Assembly: GCF_020745735.1 (NCBI RefSeq)
Contig: NC_083445.1
Coordinates: forward strand, 2,604,001 to 2,668,000
Length of the DNA stretch: 64,000 nucleotides
From: Hemiscyllium ocellatum
Lineage: Eukaryota
Direction of reading: 5' to 3'
How positions within the stretch are numbered: position 1 is the stretch's first letter; every line of letters starts with the position of its first letter. This document shows, one piece after another, positions 1-13,420 of this stretch. The translations under genes were made by a program, and so were the position numbers. Under the pieces are notes generated by a model, which saw only the letters and a list, made by a program, of their open reading frames with translations, was not told where the DNA came from and ran no database searches.

Positions 1-597
1 GATTTTCCTGATTCACCTGCATATTGAGGCCCCCAGGATTATTCTGGTGGTGCCTTTTCTTACGTATTTTCTTTCCCACAGCCTGAGGCCTGTCCATAAT
101 TCCATCATGCCTTTTTCCCTATGTGTTCCTCAACTCCACCCACATCGATTCTAAGCCTTCTGACCTTATATTAATTATTATTGATTCCATTTCATTTCTT
201 ACAACAACCCAACTCCTCTGCCAATCTGCCGTCCTTTTGATAGGATGCTTATCTTTGGATAATTTACTTGACAGGCCTGATCCCCTGACAGCCACAACAT
301 TGCAATGGCCAATTTCAACCGACCTACAAGCTCATTAAACTTGTTTTATATGTTGTGCATATTTAAGTACAACACTCTGAGGCCTGTGTTGAGTAATCCC
401 CTTCTCAGCTGTCCCCATATCTGTTGTTTCTGAAGGTAGATTCCTGATTTTTTCAATACTTCACCCTGTAATGTGTTCTGGAAAGCTCCCTCTCATGAGC
501 CCTTTTCTATAATATTCTATGCAATTGAACCTGCCACTCCCACACCTACTTAGTTTAAACCTTGATTTACTGCTGTAGCTACGCAATTTGCCAGGAC

Positions 598-676
598 TGT
601 GTTCAGCAAGTCTGACAACATCTGGGAAGAGAAATCAGAGTTTGTGTTTCAGGTTGAGTGACCCTTCTTCAGAACT
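598..676 (-). mobile_element. PLE terminus remnant with hammerhead core (646-672)
   Basis: Minus strand AGTT-CTGAAGA-A-GGGT-CACTCA-ACCT-GAAAC-ACA-AACT; cleavage triplet mutated. Confidence 0.65.
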
Positions 677-1599
677 AGTTTATATTTGAGCGGTCAAGAA
701 TCATCCTGTTGCTTGCCTTCCACCTCGGACTTTCCGCTAAGACAGTGTCCTTTAGCTCCAACCAGTGCAGACTTGATCCTGTTCCATTCCATATAGCTGA
801 TGCTCATTCCTGGAGAATGGCAAAGATGGCAGCACTTCTTCAAAACAATACCTAAAGATGTATTTAGTTAAGAGTACTCACCTCAACATCAGAGAAAAGG
901 AAGGACAAATCAAGTCTAGCGTGGTGGATGTTCTAACCGGGAGCTGAAAACATCTGAGCAACTGCCAAATTGTACAACAGGCCTTAACCTCAGCAAAAAC
1001 TGACATTGTCTTGACCCATGATTTGTAACACATGATAGTTTTTAAAGGGACAAGCCGCAATTCAACTCATTTCAAGTTTATCCTTTGAGGTGAAAATGAC
1101 TATGCTAATCACCTGGAGTGTTCTGTGGGGTTTTCATGGATACATGATGTGGACCCTGGTCGTACAGCTGTAAACAGGGTAAGATACCCAAGATGAAGTA
1201 GTTTTGGATCAGTTGCCAGTTCAGGATTTCTTTCGATATGAGCTTACTTTCAAAGGCGGCCACACCATTCTGGGCTTTGTTCCACACAGTGCTGCAATTC
1301 TGGGTGCATTTCCTTTCGCTGTCATAATTGTGGGAAAAAAGGTGAAGAGGAACAAAAAGGAGCAAGTCTGCCAAACCAGCTGAAGTTGATGGAGCAATAG
1401 CCTGCCCATTCTGTTCTCCACATGCAAGACTTGGACTGTGTGGCAGTCATGCCATGAAACAAAGCTGAGATCATATTGTAGCACAAAATGTCAGACACTG
1501 TGCTCCACATTTGATCTGACACAAGTAGACACACCCAGACTGAACTAGTCACAAATAGATCGAATTGGTCCTCTTGCCAGAATGCCTGACATGCATTTA

Positions 1600-2036
1600 C
1601 CAAGCAAATCATGGCCTGGTGAGTTCAATCATTTCAGGGTCTGAACTTTGCCCATGTCCCAGCCCCCTACCCCATACACCAGGCCTTGTTATCACAGTCT
1701 GCCACTACATACTACCTAATGTTAGCCACTGAAGTCTCCACTAACAACTATTCACCTGAAGCAGACAAGCAGGAGGCAGGAACAGCAGCAAGCCAGGCAG
1801 CATCAGGTGGTGAAGTCAACATTTTGCATATAACCCTTCTTGAGATCATTATCCACTCCTGTGTCTCTCCAACTACACCCTATCTTCCGCATATAAACCA
1901 ACATTTGCCTGGCAAATATCAGTTCTGAGGAAGGGTCACCGGTCCCGAAACGTTTACTCTGATTGTCCTTTACAGATGCAGCCAGACCTGCTGAGCTTTG
2001 CCAGCAACTTCTGTTTCGGATTTACAGCATCCGCAG
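1600..2036 (+). mobile_element. PLE 3' end with hammerhead core at 1925-1951; contains an opposite-strand PLE scrap at about 1760-1845
   Basis: AGTT-CTGAGGA-A-GGG..CCC-GAAAC-GTT followed by the PLE tail CAGATGCAGCCAGACCTGCTGAG...CAGCATCCGCAG. Confidence 0.7.
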
Positions 2037-2949
2037 ACTGTCTGTCCACTTCACTGAGCTAACTTCAATTATTGGAGATATGAAGTCCACTTGGGTATCT
2101 TTTAAAAATACTTACTCCCTCAAGTTCTCATACTCAAAGATTTGTTCCAATGAAACTGGCTATTCTGGTTAAAAGCAGTTGAAAAGCAGCAATGTTTTCA
2201 AGTAACACTCCCTGCGCGCTCTCAGATTTGAAACTTGATGGCGCTTATTCATTTGATGAGCTTGCGAATGAAATTGCTCAAGGCAGTGTCTGTCTCAAAC
2301 ATTCCTGATGGCTTTACCTCACAGTCACTTTTTGCTATCCAACTTTCAACTTGCTGCTGAAAAGAACAGGAATTTAGTTGGCCCATTTCTCAAGCTCCTC
2401 AGGCCTTGAAGTGCTCAACAGCCAATTCAGAGGTAGTCTCTGAAACAACCGTGACAATGTGACAAGAGTAAATAGACATCAAACTACTTTCAATACTTTT
2501 CTGTGGAAATCACTGTTCTTTTACAGACCAAGACAGAATCCAAGTTACAGATGGCAATAAGCTGCAGAACCAACTCATCTGTTTTGTTGACGTTGCACAG
2601 GAAATAATTGTTGGCCAAGCTATCAAAAAAGATTTCTTATTTAACTCCAACAGAGCCCTGGACCAGACTGCTGTAGGGCATTGAGTTCAATAGGCAGGGA
2701 GACCAGAGAAGGTATTGTCCATGCTCCCACTTCTCACAATCATTTTTGATCTTGAATTTTGGTAAAATTATCAACAATGTACAGCCCAAACCCCAAATCC
2801 ACCCAAGATCCATGCACGTATTTCCCACTTTGATGATGCTCATCAAGAGGAACCTTGGCCAATTGCCTTTTGAAATCCGGAACCCAAAGCAACAGTTGTG
2901 CCAAAGCTGGGATCTGAAAAGCAAGTAGAAATTTGGGAGTTTTTGGTCT

Positions 2950-3340
2950 GTGAGGCTCAGTTATTAACATTCATGCTCAAGTAAGGTGCTCATGAGTCCA
3001 AAGGTCTGGATCAAAGCTCCACTGCAGCAGGAAGTGTGTGCTGGGGAGGGGTTGTCATTCAAGTGAGGTGTGAAGATGATAGTATCTACTCTCAGGTGAA
3101 CAAAGATCTCATGGCATCATTTTGAAAAGTAGCAGAGTGCTCCATGGCATCCTGGTAATACACATCCCTCAACCAATATCACAAAAGTAATTCATTTCAT
3201 CATAATCAGATTACTGTTTGTGAGATCTAGTGCACATTAGTTGACTACACCTTTCTTATGGAACAGAGCAACATTCCAAGTCATGGTCTGTGATGCTCTT
3301 TCATACATACCCAAGCTATGAAAGGCACTATGGAAATTCA
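2950..3340 (+). mobile_element. Ancient Deu-domain SINE relic (SacSINE1/AmnSINE-like)
   Basis: CTCTCAGGTGAAC-AAAGATCTCATGGCA...CATCCCTCAACCAATATCAC...TTACTGTTTGTGAGATCT...TGAAAGGCACTAT resembles the Deu domain plus L2-type tail, recalled from consensus. More decayed minus copies at about 2400-2700 and 25420-25690. Confidence 0.6.
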
Positions 3341-3454
3341 CGTTGTCCTTGTGTACTGGTTCACGAAAGGAAAATAAAGCCCACTAGAAATAGCCTGCAT
3401 TTTCCAGCACCAAAATGAGAGGTGAAGTGGAACATTTGATTCATTACCACACAG

Positions 3455-3985
3455 TCCACAAGCCACAGCCAAGTCCATGTTCAATAAGCACCCATATCTG
3501 AGGAAGAGTATTCTGGCGAAGGGTGTTCTGGCTATGGAGAGATTTGCCAAACTGATGCCTGGGATAGCAGGACTGACCTGTGAAGAGAGACTGGATTGGT
3601 TAGGTCTCTATTCAACGGAGTGAAGAAGAAAGAGGTGGAGGGCATCTCAAACCTATCACACTTTAACAGAACTAGACAGACTAAACACAGGAACCATGAT
3701 CCTAATGGCCAGGGAGTCCAGAACCATGGGTCACAGTTTAGCAATATAGGGTAGTCCAGTTAGGACTGAGATGAGGAAAAAATGCCTTCACCCAGAGAAT
3801 GGTGAGCTTGTGGGATTCTCTGCGACAGAAAGTGGTTGGGACCAAAACCAAAAATGTTTTCAAATCAATTGGATATCATTCTCAGAGATAAAAGGATCAA
3901 AGTAAAGAGCAGGGTTTTTGAGATGAATGGTCAGCTATCATATTGAATAGCAGAGTAGGCTCTAAAGGCTGAATGGACTTCCCTC
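3455..3985 (+). mobile_element. Older CR1 3' fragment
   Basis: CCATATCTGAGGAAG...TTCACCCAGAGAATGGTGAGCTTGTGGGATTCTCTG...GGCTGAATGGACT, collinear with the CR1 ORF2 end and 3' UTR. Confidence 0.7.
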
Positions 3986-5099
3986 TCCCCTCAGGGGGAG
4001 AAAGACACTTATGTGACACTGAGGAGTGGTGGAGGGATATGAAATAAGATTTTCAGACTATATTGGAATGTCAGGATACAGCTTTTCAAACAGAGGGACC
4101 CAATCCATAAGACACAACAAAGCCAAAGAATCACAACCCACCAAGGGCAGGCTAGCCAAGTGATCAAAACATAAACCACTCATGTCAGATCCTTGGCATT
4201 CCATCCCCTCACAAAACAAAGGGAAAACATTCACTCTACAAATCGAAACAGAAGAGTAAACTAACTACCTTTATTTCAGGCTTTTTAGAAATATTTCATG
4301 AACTTGAGAGGAAACTGAAAGACATACATTGGCTTTGGGTAGGCTGCAGATTCCTCTCCTACCTCTGAATACTTCAAATGCTGAAACCACAACTTCCTCA
4401 AGACTTTACATGGCTGCTCCTAGTGACACTGCAAACCACAGATAACGTGACACCTATCACTGGAGTGAGGGGTAAAATGAAATCCTTTCAGGCTGAATCA
4501 GGTTAGGTTTCACAAATCAAGAATTAATCCCCTTTCACTTGACCCTATCAATCTCCAAGCCACTCAACATCACGGACTGATCCAGGATGGTCTCATTCCC
4601 CACAATTACTATGCTATGATTTCACTGATATTGAAGATGTACCTGTGCTCAGAACTCAACTGTCACTGGGACTGTATGACCACAACGTGAACTATTTTGG
4701 CTGCCTTAGCAAGGGAAAGATACAGTGGCATTGAGAGTAATCGAGACAATGTTCACCTAGTTGATCCCACGTATGCAAGCATTGCCTTAAGAGTAAAGGT
4801 CAAACTAGGTTGGTTTGGTATTATTGGTGGAGGTTAGATTGACAGGGTTGATGCAGAGTGGTCACTTCCCAATGTAGAAGATTCTCTGATCAGAAAGCAT
4901 AGTCTCACAGTAAGGGGTCACTTGTTTAAGACAAAAGAGGTCAAATTTCTTGTCTCAGATGGTAGTGAATCTGGAATTCTTTATCACAGAGAGCAGTCAA
5001 AGCTGGGACAATCAAACTATTCAAGGCTCAGAAACAGCAATGTTTAAACATCCAGTGAATCCAGGGCTATGGGGGGAAAGATCAAGTAAACTGAACGAT

Positions 5100-5297
5100 G
5101 AGCAGATTGTTATATTACCTCCTAGCTTTGCCCATCTCTCACCATCCCATCTACCTTTCCCCTAGCCCCCCATAGCCCCATTTATTTTCCAGCCCCCTCC
5201 TGCTCTCCAATCCTGATGGAGGGTTAGGCCCGAAACATCAACTCTCTTGCTTCTCAGATGCTGCCTGACCTACTGTACCTTTCCACTGCCACACACG
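5100..5297 (+). mobile_element. PLE terminus with decayed hammerhead (5213-5236), inserted in an old CR1 3' end
   Basis: CTGATGG-A-GGGTTAGGCCC-GAAAC-ATC followed by GATGCTGCCTGACCT. Confidence 0.65.
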
Positions 5298-5449
5298 GGT
5301 TATCAGATTAGCCATGATCTTACGGAATGGTGGAACAAGCTTGACGGAATGACTGGCCTACTTCTGTTCATGGTTGTTAAATGAGGTTCCTGTGTTTTAT
5401 GGTTTATGGTCTGATGGAATATCTTCAAACAAACAGCAGAAAGTCTTTT

Positions 5450-5737
5450 TAGATTAGATTAGATTAGGCCCAACAAGTCCACACCAACTCGCCAAAGTGC
5501 AACCCATCCATACCCCTACATTTACCCCTTACCTAACACTACGGGCAATTTAGCCTGGCCAATTCACCTGACACATCTTTGGACTGTGGGAGGAAACCGG
5601 AGCACCCGGAGGAAACCCACGCAGACACGGGGAGAACGTGCAAACTCCACACAGTCAGTCGCCTGAGTCAGGAATTGAACCCGGGTCTCAGGTGCTGTGA
5701 GACAGCAGTGCTAACCACTGTGCCACCGTGCCGCCCA
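5450..5737 (-). mobile_element. HE1-type tRNA-derived V-SINE
   Basis: A box TGGCACAGTGG, B box GGTTCAATTCC, central GGGTTTCCTCCGGGTGCTCCGGTTTCCTCCCAC domain, (TCTAA)n tail. Confidence 0.9.
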
Positions 5738-7542
5738 TCCCATCATTCTGTTCTGCATTAGAAATAAGTGGCCCAGATATAAAACATCACAGTCCAGTCC
5801 ATTAAATATCACGTTTGTTATTTTCCTTCATCTTATAGTTTGCCCACTACCAGGATTGTTCTGTGACCAAACACTGATCATGTTCAGATTGTTCATAACC
5901 AGCTTTCCCTCATTTTCTTCACAATTCCTAAATGCTGCATGATAATCACTACTGCAACTGGAAATGTGTCAAGAGGAGAGCACAAATCCATACCCTCCCT
6001 TGGCAACACAAGCATGCTAATGTACAGTTCAGTAGCATGACACACAAACTGGTTAAACATACTGCAATTACATATTAGGAATAAGCACTTAAAAACATGA
6101 TTATGCTTCTTTGCTCCTTCATTTTGCATTGTTGCAGCATGATCCAAACTTGGCAAACCATGGTAAAGTAATCAGCAAATGCCTTGCCAACAAAATGACA
6201 ACAAATGTCTCAGAACAACTTGATTCAATCAAAGGTTCGTGTGACTGTTTCAGGTTACGAGCCATTCCTCAAGTGGCCTCTGCTGCCAGACCCTGACAAT
6301 TAAACACTTTAGTATCACTTCCATGGTCAGAAGACGAAGGGGACCATTTCCAGTTTGAGTACAACTGTTCCAACAGCTTTCCGAGTTTGTTTCTTTCCGA
6401 TAAAATCAAGGAATGATAAAAACGTGACTTGTCATTTTCCAATCCATTTAACTTTCCTGACCATCAACTGGCTATTAAGGCAAATTAAATTTATAACAAC
6501 CATGAACGTAACTTTAATCTGGGTCAAACATGCCCCAGAGTCAGAAGTTGGTTACCACTCTCAGCCCATATCAATGTCAATTATGTCATGACCAGATCGA
6601 TCCATATCACTGCAGTGTCATGATGTAATACAAATTGGATTGCCAAACTTGCAAAGCAGTTTTTCTCTTGCCCATGTGGTACTGAGTCCAATTTCAGGCT
6701 CCCAATTACCGTCTGTTTGAGGACACAGTCTCTGCAATGCACAGGAGAATTGAGAAAAGGGAGAGACTGAGAAAAAAGGAAAGCAACCAAGACTCCTATT
6801 CCCCGTTATTACTATCTTTGGGCCAGTTCACTCACAGTTGTGAGGCTTCACTAGTTGTGCAATTCAGCCTCAGAGAAGGAAAAACAGGTGCAGGTATCCA
6901 GGAAGCCAATTGGCAGAATGCACCTTTAGAGAATATGGTGTAAAAGTTTGTCTCAACCATCGCTTCAATAGGCAATCATTGGTTTCTTCTGAAGGGATCA
7001 AATGGAAAGTCTATTTCAGCAAACCGAGCAATCCTGCAGGATGCAGAGGGAGGGCAAGAGATATTCCTCATGCAAAACTACAGGAGAAAAGTCAATGAGA
7101 ACTATCCCAATCTCTCAATGCAAAGCTTGACCACCTGTCAAAACAATTGTGTTTGCCTTTCCATTTTTTTTGTCCATCAATTGTTCATTTGCTCTGCACA
7201 CCCTCTATGGGGCTGAATCAGAGCTTGGGATCCTTGAGCTCATTTCAAACACCACTCATTGCCTATTTGTGTTTTCCTCATGCAGATGACAATGTTCCAA
7301 GATGACTCAACTAAGTAGTACTGGTCCAATCTGCTCCCCAACACTACAAAGGGCCGTATTCCCCATTACAATGCTACCTAGGCTCTCTCAACAATTTAAA
7401 TTGCTTCTGAAAAAAATCACTAAGTATGATGTTTGCCTCAAAACTGTTGGAAACAGGAAAAAAGCCAAGAGATCAGGTAGTTCTTGTAGTATAACCTCAA
7501 TACCTTAAATCTCACTGTTACACGAACTTACAATACTAAACT

Positions 7543-8940
7543 CTGTTTAAGGAGGGTGGTATGGACAAGCCAGGGAACTACAGACCAGTGAGCCGGACGT
7601 CAGTGGTGGGCAAGTTGTTGGAGGGAATCCCGAGGGACAGGATGTACACGTATTTGGAAAGTCAAAGACTGATTCGGGATAGTCAACATGGTTGTGTGTT
7701 TGGGAAATCATGTTTCACAACCTTGATTGAGTTTTTTGAAGAAGTAACATGAGGGCAGAGCAGTAGATGTGATCTATATGGACTTCAGTAAGGCGTTCGA
7801 CAAGGTTCCCCATGGGAGACTGATTAGCAAGGTTAGATCTCACAGAATACAGGGAGAACTAGCCATTTGGATACAGAACTGGCTCAAAGGTAGAAGGCAG
7901 AGGGTGATGATGGAGGGTTATTTTTCAGACTGGAGGCCTGTGACCAGTGGAGTGCCACAAGGATCGGTGCTGGGTCCACTACTTTTCATCATTTTTATAA
8001 ATGATTTGGATATGAGCATAAGAGGCATAGTTAGTAAGTTTCCAGATGACACCAAAATTGAAGATGTAATGCACAGGTTACCTCAGATTACAATGGGAAC
8101 TTGATCAGATGGGCCAATGGGCAGAGGAGTGACAGATGGAGTTTAATTTAATGAGAGCTGCTGCATTTTAGGAAAGCAAATCTTTGCAGGACTTATACAC
8201 TTAATGGTAAGGTCCTAGGCTGAACAAAGGGACCTTGGAGTGCAGGTTCATAGCTCCTTGAAAGTGGAGTCGCAGGTAGATAGGATAGTGAAGGTGGCAT
8301 TTGATATGCTTTCCTTAATTGGTCAGAGTTTTAAGTACAGGAGTTGGGAGGTCATGTTGCTGCTGTACAGGACATCGGTTAGGCCATTTTTGGAATATTG
8401 CGTGCAATTCTGGTCTCCTTCCTATTGGAATGATGTTGTGAAACTCGAAAGGGTTCAGAAAAGATTTACAAGGATGTTGCCAGGGTTGGAGGGTTTGAGC
8501 TATAGGGAGAGGCTGAATAGGCTGGGGCTGTTTTCCCAGGAGCGTCAGAGGCTGAGGGGTGAACTTATAGAGGTTTACAAAATTATGAGGGGCATGGATA
8601 GGGTAAATAAACAAAGTCTCTTCCCTGGGGTGGGGGAGTCCAGAACTAGAGGGCATAGGTTTAGGGTGTGAGGGGAAAGATATAAAAGGGACCCAAGGGG
8701 AAACATTTTCACACAGAGGGTGGTACGTGTATGGAATGAACTGCCAGAGGATGTGGTGGAGGCTGGTACAATTGCAACACTTAAAAAGTCATTTGGATGG
8801 GTATATGATTAGGAAGGGTTTGGAGGGATATGGGCCGGGTGCTGGCAGGTGGGACTAGATTGGGTTGGGATATCTGGTTGACATGGACAGGTTGGACCGA
8901 AGGGTCTGTTTCCTTGCTGTACATCTCTATGACTCTATGA
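7543..8940 (+). mobile_element. 5'-truncated CR1 LINE (RT + 3' UTR)
   Basis: ORFs 7561..7752, 7769..8104 and 8240..8671 are CR1 RT; ends CTCTATGACTCTATGA. Confidence 0.93.
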
Positions 8941-11284
8941 GCTGACAAGTTCCTTGCTGGTGGCATCAAAATATCAACGTCAATAAATATCTGAGGATTC
9001 TGAATGAATTTACAGTTGATTGAGAAGTAACAACCCCAACTCCCAAGGAGCAAACATTCATTGTGACCAACCAAAGATGTTACTGTTGGATTAAAAGAAG
9101 TTGTCTATAATTTCACTGACACAGCATCAAGTCAAACTTTTGGAGAATTTTAGATAATGAAGACCAAGGAACTGATAAGCATAAGGTGATAGAATGAGTG
9201 TAAACTATCCCGAAATATAAGAATTATAATGAAAACTGAGGAGATTCAACTGATATAATTGAGATAAGGCAATAGTTGACATTAAACAGAAATGTTATAA
9301 CCATCTTCAGAGCACACGATAAAGAAACATGAGAAATAGCAGGAAATAAACATGGTGAGTGTGAGGGATTTAATGGACAAGTATTGAACAAGAACACTGT
9401 TGAAACCTCCTGAACCAGATAGACTCTATTCTCCAGTTCTGAACAGGCTGGCTGCAGAGTTTATGCCTGCGATCTTCCAAAGTTTCCTTCAGTGTGGAAC
9501 AGTCACACCGGATTCAGGAAAAATATCACCCCACTTTTCAAGAAAGAAGTAGTTTCCTTAATCCTAGTGTGACAGGTCATTTCAGATATCATCCATGGTG
9601 ACTCAGGTGTCTCACTCTGTTGTCCAACTATTCATACACAAGTAATTCTGCAGGAAGCCCGATGCTTTGACCAACTGCTCCATGCCCAGCAGCAGCATCA
9701 CCACAACGGCTCTGGAAATAACCTGCAAAACCCTCCCTCTCACATCCACCAAGCTCTTTAAAAAAACAATTCAAGAAAATGTCAAACCAACAACATATTC
9801 TTGCAGTACAGTTTTCACTTCTTGCTATACACAGATCGACAGTGTAAAACATAAGCAGCTCAGGCTCCAGCATCATTCACACCTCTCAGGCCACTGCCTA
9901 CCACAGTTAAGGCTAAAGCAGTACTATCCCCAAACACTACCACTATTACCCAGAGAAAAGTTTCCATTTCTCAACGTCACTAGGCTACATCCTTGGGATT
10001 CCCACAATGGAAACTACGAACCCAGAAGGAGTTCTGCAGATTAATAAGGGCCATCACTCTTGGATAAAAGCACAAGATCATCAACCTGCAAGATTAACTC
10101 GGTTTCTCGGCCTGACCTGCTCAACATTGCCGGCATTTTTGGTTCCGATCCCATCTCGGCACTGCTGGGGTTAGGTAATTAATACAACATTGCTCTGTGT
10201 TACAAATAAAAAAAGCTGCAGAGAATGGGTTTTAGCAAACGAAGCCCAGCTAAATTCCCCTCTGGGCATGATACAGCAGCTCAAACAGCCCCCCAGTCAA
10301 TTAACTCTTAGCCCCCGCTCCATTTACTCAAAGCAAAACAATCTTTACCTGCTCTGCCTCAGTCGAGACACCAATGCTTCGGGCAGCCAAAGCCGTCACA
10401 AATGCATACAGCTCCCTTTGTTATCAACAATCCTCCCATCCTGGGTGAGGAGTTTCAAAAATATGACATCATCTTGCAGAATCTTCGATCAAATCAAACG
10501 AATCATTTTTCAAGTCCTTTAGCAATGAAAGTCAGTGAGTCAGAGTCTCTCCCACACTGAAACAAGACTCCCTCTCTGCCTCCTCAGTCACTGCTGCATC
10601 GACAATTATCTGAATCCAACACAGTCCGGGCAGCTGACCGACATGAACCAACCAGTTCAGCAAGATTCAGGGAGAACTGAAATTCACTTTCACTGAATTT
10701 ACACAAACAAAACCTTGCACAGAATTCATTGCAACTGCCAGCAATCCTGGTTACTCCCAAATTGGAATTTAATAAAACAGATGCAATTCTGGAATTTAAA
10801 AAATGCAAGAATGTACAGAAAATTCCTCACCCCGTAATACATTTCCAAGAATTCAGGCTGAAGCCTTTTCCAACTTTCCTTTTTAAAACCTCACCACTAA
10901 AGATTTCTTCTCTCTCTCTCTCCTTACACAGAGGATACTTTGCGTGGAGATACACAGAATATTTGCAAGTCAAAACTTCAACATGCGGCTGCTACAAAAG
11001 TGTAAACATATTCTGTTCATAATCTCACTCCAGGGTTTAAGGCTGATGTCTGTCAACAAGGCATACTCAGAAACAATGTACAAACTAAATGTCAACCAAC
11101 CGCCAACTCAGACTCGTCTCCTCCACTCAAAAGAATTCAAATAAACTGAACCAATCTGAGCACAATGACCCTTCTGGCTCAATCCTATTAGGAGTCTGTT
11201 GAAATGCTCCTCCGGCACCACTGCTGTAGAGTACTGGGGTATTCCATATCCTCAAGGACTGCTGCTGAGTTTAAGTGCATCTTT

Positions 11285-11470
11285 TTGCTCCGGTTTCCTC
11301 CCACAGTCCAAAGATGTGCGGGTCAGGTGAATTGGCCAAGCTAAATTGCCCGTAGTGTTAGGTAAGGGGTAAATGTAGGGGTATGGGTGGGTTGCGCTTC
11401 GACGGGTCGGTGTGGACTTGTTGGGCCGAAGGGCCTGTTTCCACACTGTAAGTCTAAGTCTAATCTAATT
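11285..11470 (+). mobile_element. HE1-type SINE, 5'-truncated
   Basis: 3' half near-identical to the full copies, with GTCTAA/TCTAA tail. Confidence 0.9.
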
Positions 11471-13213
11471 CTGTGGGCCTTACAATTGAACAAACCTTAA
11501 AGCAGTCGTTTAGCTTCCAGAGTGCTAGGTTTGTAAAACTTAGAGAAATCTGCCAAACATCAATATTCCCTCAACAATTACTGTTCAAAACTGTCGACAA
11601 TGTAAGATGTTTATAGATGAGTCGCATGACTAGCAACTGGAAGATACAAAATATTTGGTACAAATCAAGTCAGTCAGAGGTGATAGAAGGAGTACTTATT
11701 CCTGAGTGAGGCTCTGGGATGTGCTTTAAGGAACAGTGGCAGCAGATTCAGGACTAAGCTTCAAGCGTCATCAAATGCATAAAAAGGAAATATTTTCAGG
11801 ACAATTTGGAAAGAGCAGCTGTCAGTGATTCTCAAATCTGACACATGGCACAGCCACAGCCAACATTCTGTGCTGCCACATTCTATCAGGGTCAACAAGA
11901 TGGTCAACAGGGTCAGGAAATCCCACGTTTGTATCAACTCAGTACATTGCCATGGAGTCGATGTTTTGTTCCAGACAGGAGTGTTTTCAGAAACCAACAC
12001 CACAGTCAGCCAATGGTCAGAGCCTCCCACCACACTGCCACAACTAGTGTGAACAAAACTGGAAGAACAAAAACAGAATTATTGTGACAAAGGAAGGTTG
12101 GTTTGTGGACAGGAAGTACACATCCTGTGCAAGACTTTTAATATATTGGTCAAACCGATACCTCACTATGCATGATATAAAAACACTTAGCAGAAATTAA
12201 GACTCTTTAGTATGGCAAGGTGCCTATGCAATCATTTTAACTCATAGATGAGAAAACATTGATGATCAACACTACACCATCACCCCAGCGCCAATTTCTC
12301 AAAGGAATCAATCGAAAATTGAACTCTCTGGATTAGGTTCTCTGTTCAAAGTGAGAAACCCACATCCAAGGAAGCAGCACAAAGCCAACCTCTGCATGTT
12401 TCACACAAATCCCAGACTTGCTGATATGCTCAAAACAAGAACTAGGTCGACCAGAATGGGTTGGTAGGGAGGGAGAGAGAAAGCTGTGATGGGCCTTTCT
12501 TCAGAGAGGTCAGGCAGCATCAGAGGATCATGGGGGGTGATGTTTCAGACACAAGGAAATCAGCAGGCCCGGGTTGTGGGGGGGCGGTGGGGGCACGGTT
12601 TGGCACACCAACCTGGACATCGCTAAGGCCAGGCCAACTCTCAAATATTCATCATCCTGAAAAGGATCCACACACACACAAACACTTGTTCTCCAGCTTA
12701 TCAGACATCAAGGAGCATAAGTACACCAAACTGTCACTTACTGACCTCCAAACCCAGGATTCTCCAACCAATCCAGACACTTCCCTCCAAGAATATATAT
12801 TGGGTATAAGCAGGTAAGGAAAGAGTTGACAACGCCCCAGCCTGCACAAAACTGCTACAGCCACCACTATGACCCTCACCACAAAACTGACCGAGACCAC
12901 CATCGACCATACTGCCTCCTCAGTCACCATCAGGAGTACTGCTGCCAAAACCTCCACAAACACTGCCCGTTACATCACTGTCACCCTGACACCACTGCCA
13001 ACCACACTGATGTCACACTCAGAATACCACCATGCCACTTCCGCATATGTGGCCCAATGTGCCACTTCCACACCTGACGTGTCGCGACATCAAACTTTCC
13101 TTCCACAGCCTCCGCCCCCATGCTTACTTTTTCAACGTGACTCCCACCTACCTCCTGCCTCGAACATACACCATTCTCTTGGATGCTCTGTCCTGGGCTC
13201 TTACCTGTCCTTG

Positions 13214-13420
13214 CTGAAAATGTGTTGCTGGTTAAAGCACAGCAGGTCAGGCAGCATCCGAAGAAAAGGAAATTCGACGTTTCGGGCCAGAGCCCTTCAT
13301 CAGGAGAGCTCTGGCCCGAAACGTCGAATTTCCTGTTCCTTGGATGCTGCCTGACCTGCTGTGCTTTAACCAGCAACACATTTTCAGCTCTGATCTCCAG
13401 CATCTGCAGACCTCACTTTA
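13214..13420. mobile_element. Fold-back (inverted duplicate) PLE terminus, 16-bp TSD, nested in an older PLE
   Basis: Arms about 13213-13293 and 13308-13388 are near-perfect reverse complements; flanked by CTCTTACCTGTCCTTG (13198-13213) and CTCTTACCCGTCCTTG (13421-13436). Confidence 0.88.
13272..13306 (-). ncRNA. Minimal hammerhead ribozyme core at the apex of the palindrome
   Basis: Minus strand CTGATGA-A-GGGC-TCTG-GCCC-GAAAC-GTC-GAAT. The 5' side of stem I is altered by the inversion junction, and the plus-strand arm retains only stem II-GAAAC-GTC. Confidence 0.7.

Noticed and set aside
878-1612. Minus-strand ORFs and a GTGAGT donor near 880 as coding exons of TYK2 or another gene
   Set aside because: No similarity to the JAK FERM domain or any protein I recognise in the frames I translated.
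12826-13354. Thr/His-rich mucin-like ORFs
   Set aside because: C/A-rich degraded PLE sequence running into the palindromic insert.
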